Shown here: positions 63,926 through 64,000 of the stretch, piece by piece
Layout of the letters: each line of letters begins with the position of its first letter
Position numbering within the stretch: position 1 is the stretch's first letter
Assembly: GCA_963920595.1 (NCBI GenBank)
Contig: OY986950.1
Location: 3,658,001-3,722,000 of the forward strand
Length of the DNA stretch: 64,000 bases
Reading direction: 5' to 3'
Source of the DNA: Eimeria praecox
Lineage: Eukaryota
Position numbers and translations under genes: made by a program
Notes under the pieces: generated by a model
What the model saw: the letters and a program-made list of their open reading frames with translations, nothing else
Databases searched by the model: none
Told to the model about the DNA's origin: nothing

Positions 63926-64000
63926 CTGAAGAGAAAATACAAGTGCATGCATGCATGCATGCATGCATGCATGCATGCATGCATGCAACAGCCCCAGGAT

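Overview
Eukaryotic, intron-rich DNA with the signature of a coccidian apicomplexan, most likely Eimeria. The signature is CAG trinucleotide runs giving poly-A/Q/S tracts, interstitial TTTAGGG/AAACCCT arrays and (TGCA)n arrays. The window crosses from a CAG-poor segment (~1-12.5 kb) into a repeat-rich segment. By hand-splicing at GT-AG sites I find about nine genes: a large secreted multi-TM protein (RON3-like, minus strand), a coiled-coil hypothetical protein, apicoplast acyl carrier protein, a single-exon RAP-domain protein, 6-phosphogluconate dehydrogenase (10 exons), a small SVIP-like acylated protein, a weakly supported hypothetical gene, a 9-exon 4-TM membrane protein and a GH81 beta-1,3-glucanase-family gene running off the right edge. 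There is also a fragmentary small gene at ~49-51 kb. Main leads: (1) the GH81 protein has lost its catalytic Asp and first catalytic Glu, suggesting a glucan-binding pseudoenzyme; (2) a dispersed palindrome GGTGY-N4-RCACC occurs as singlets, tandem arrays, at splice acceptors and exapted into coding sequence; (3) foldback elements with AAGCCCCAAA arms surround (TGCA)n; (4) tandem duplications of splice sites create candidate in-frame and poison micro-exons. All exon models are manual and unverified by transcripts.
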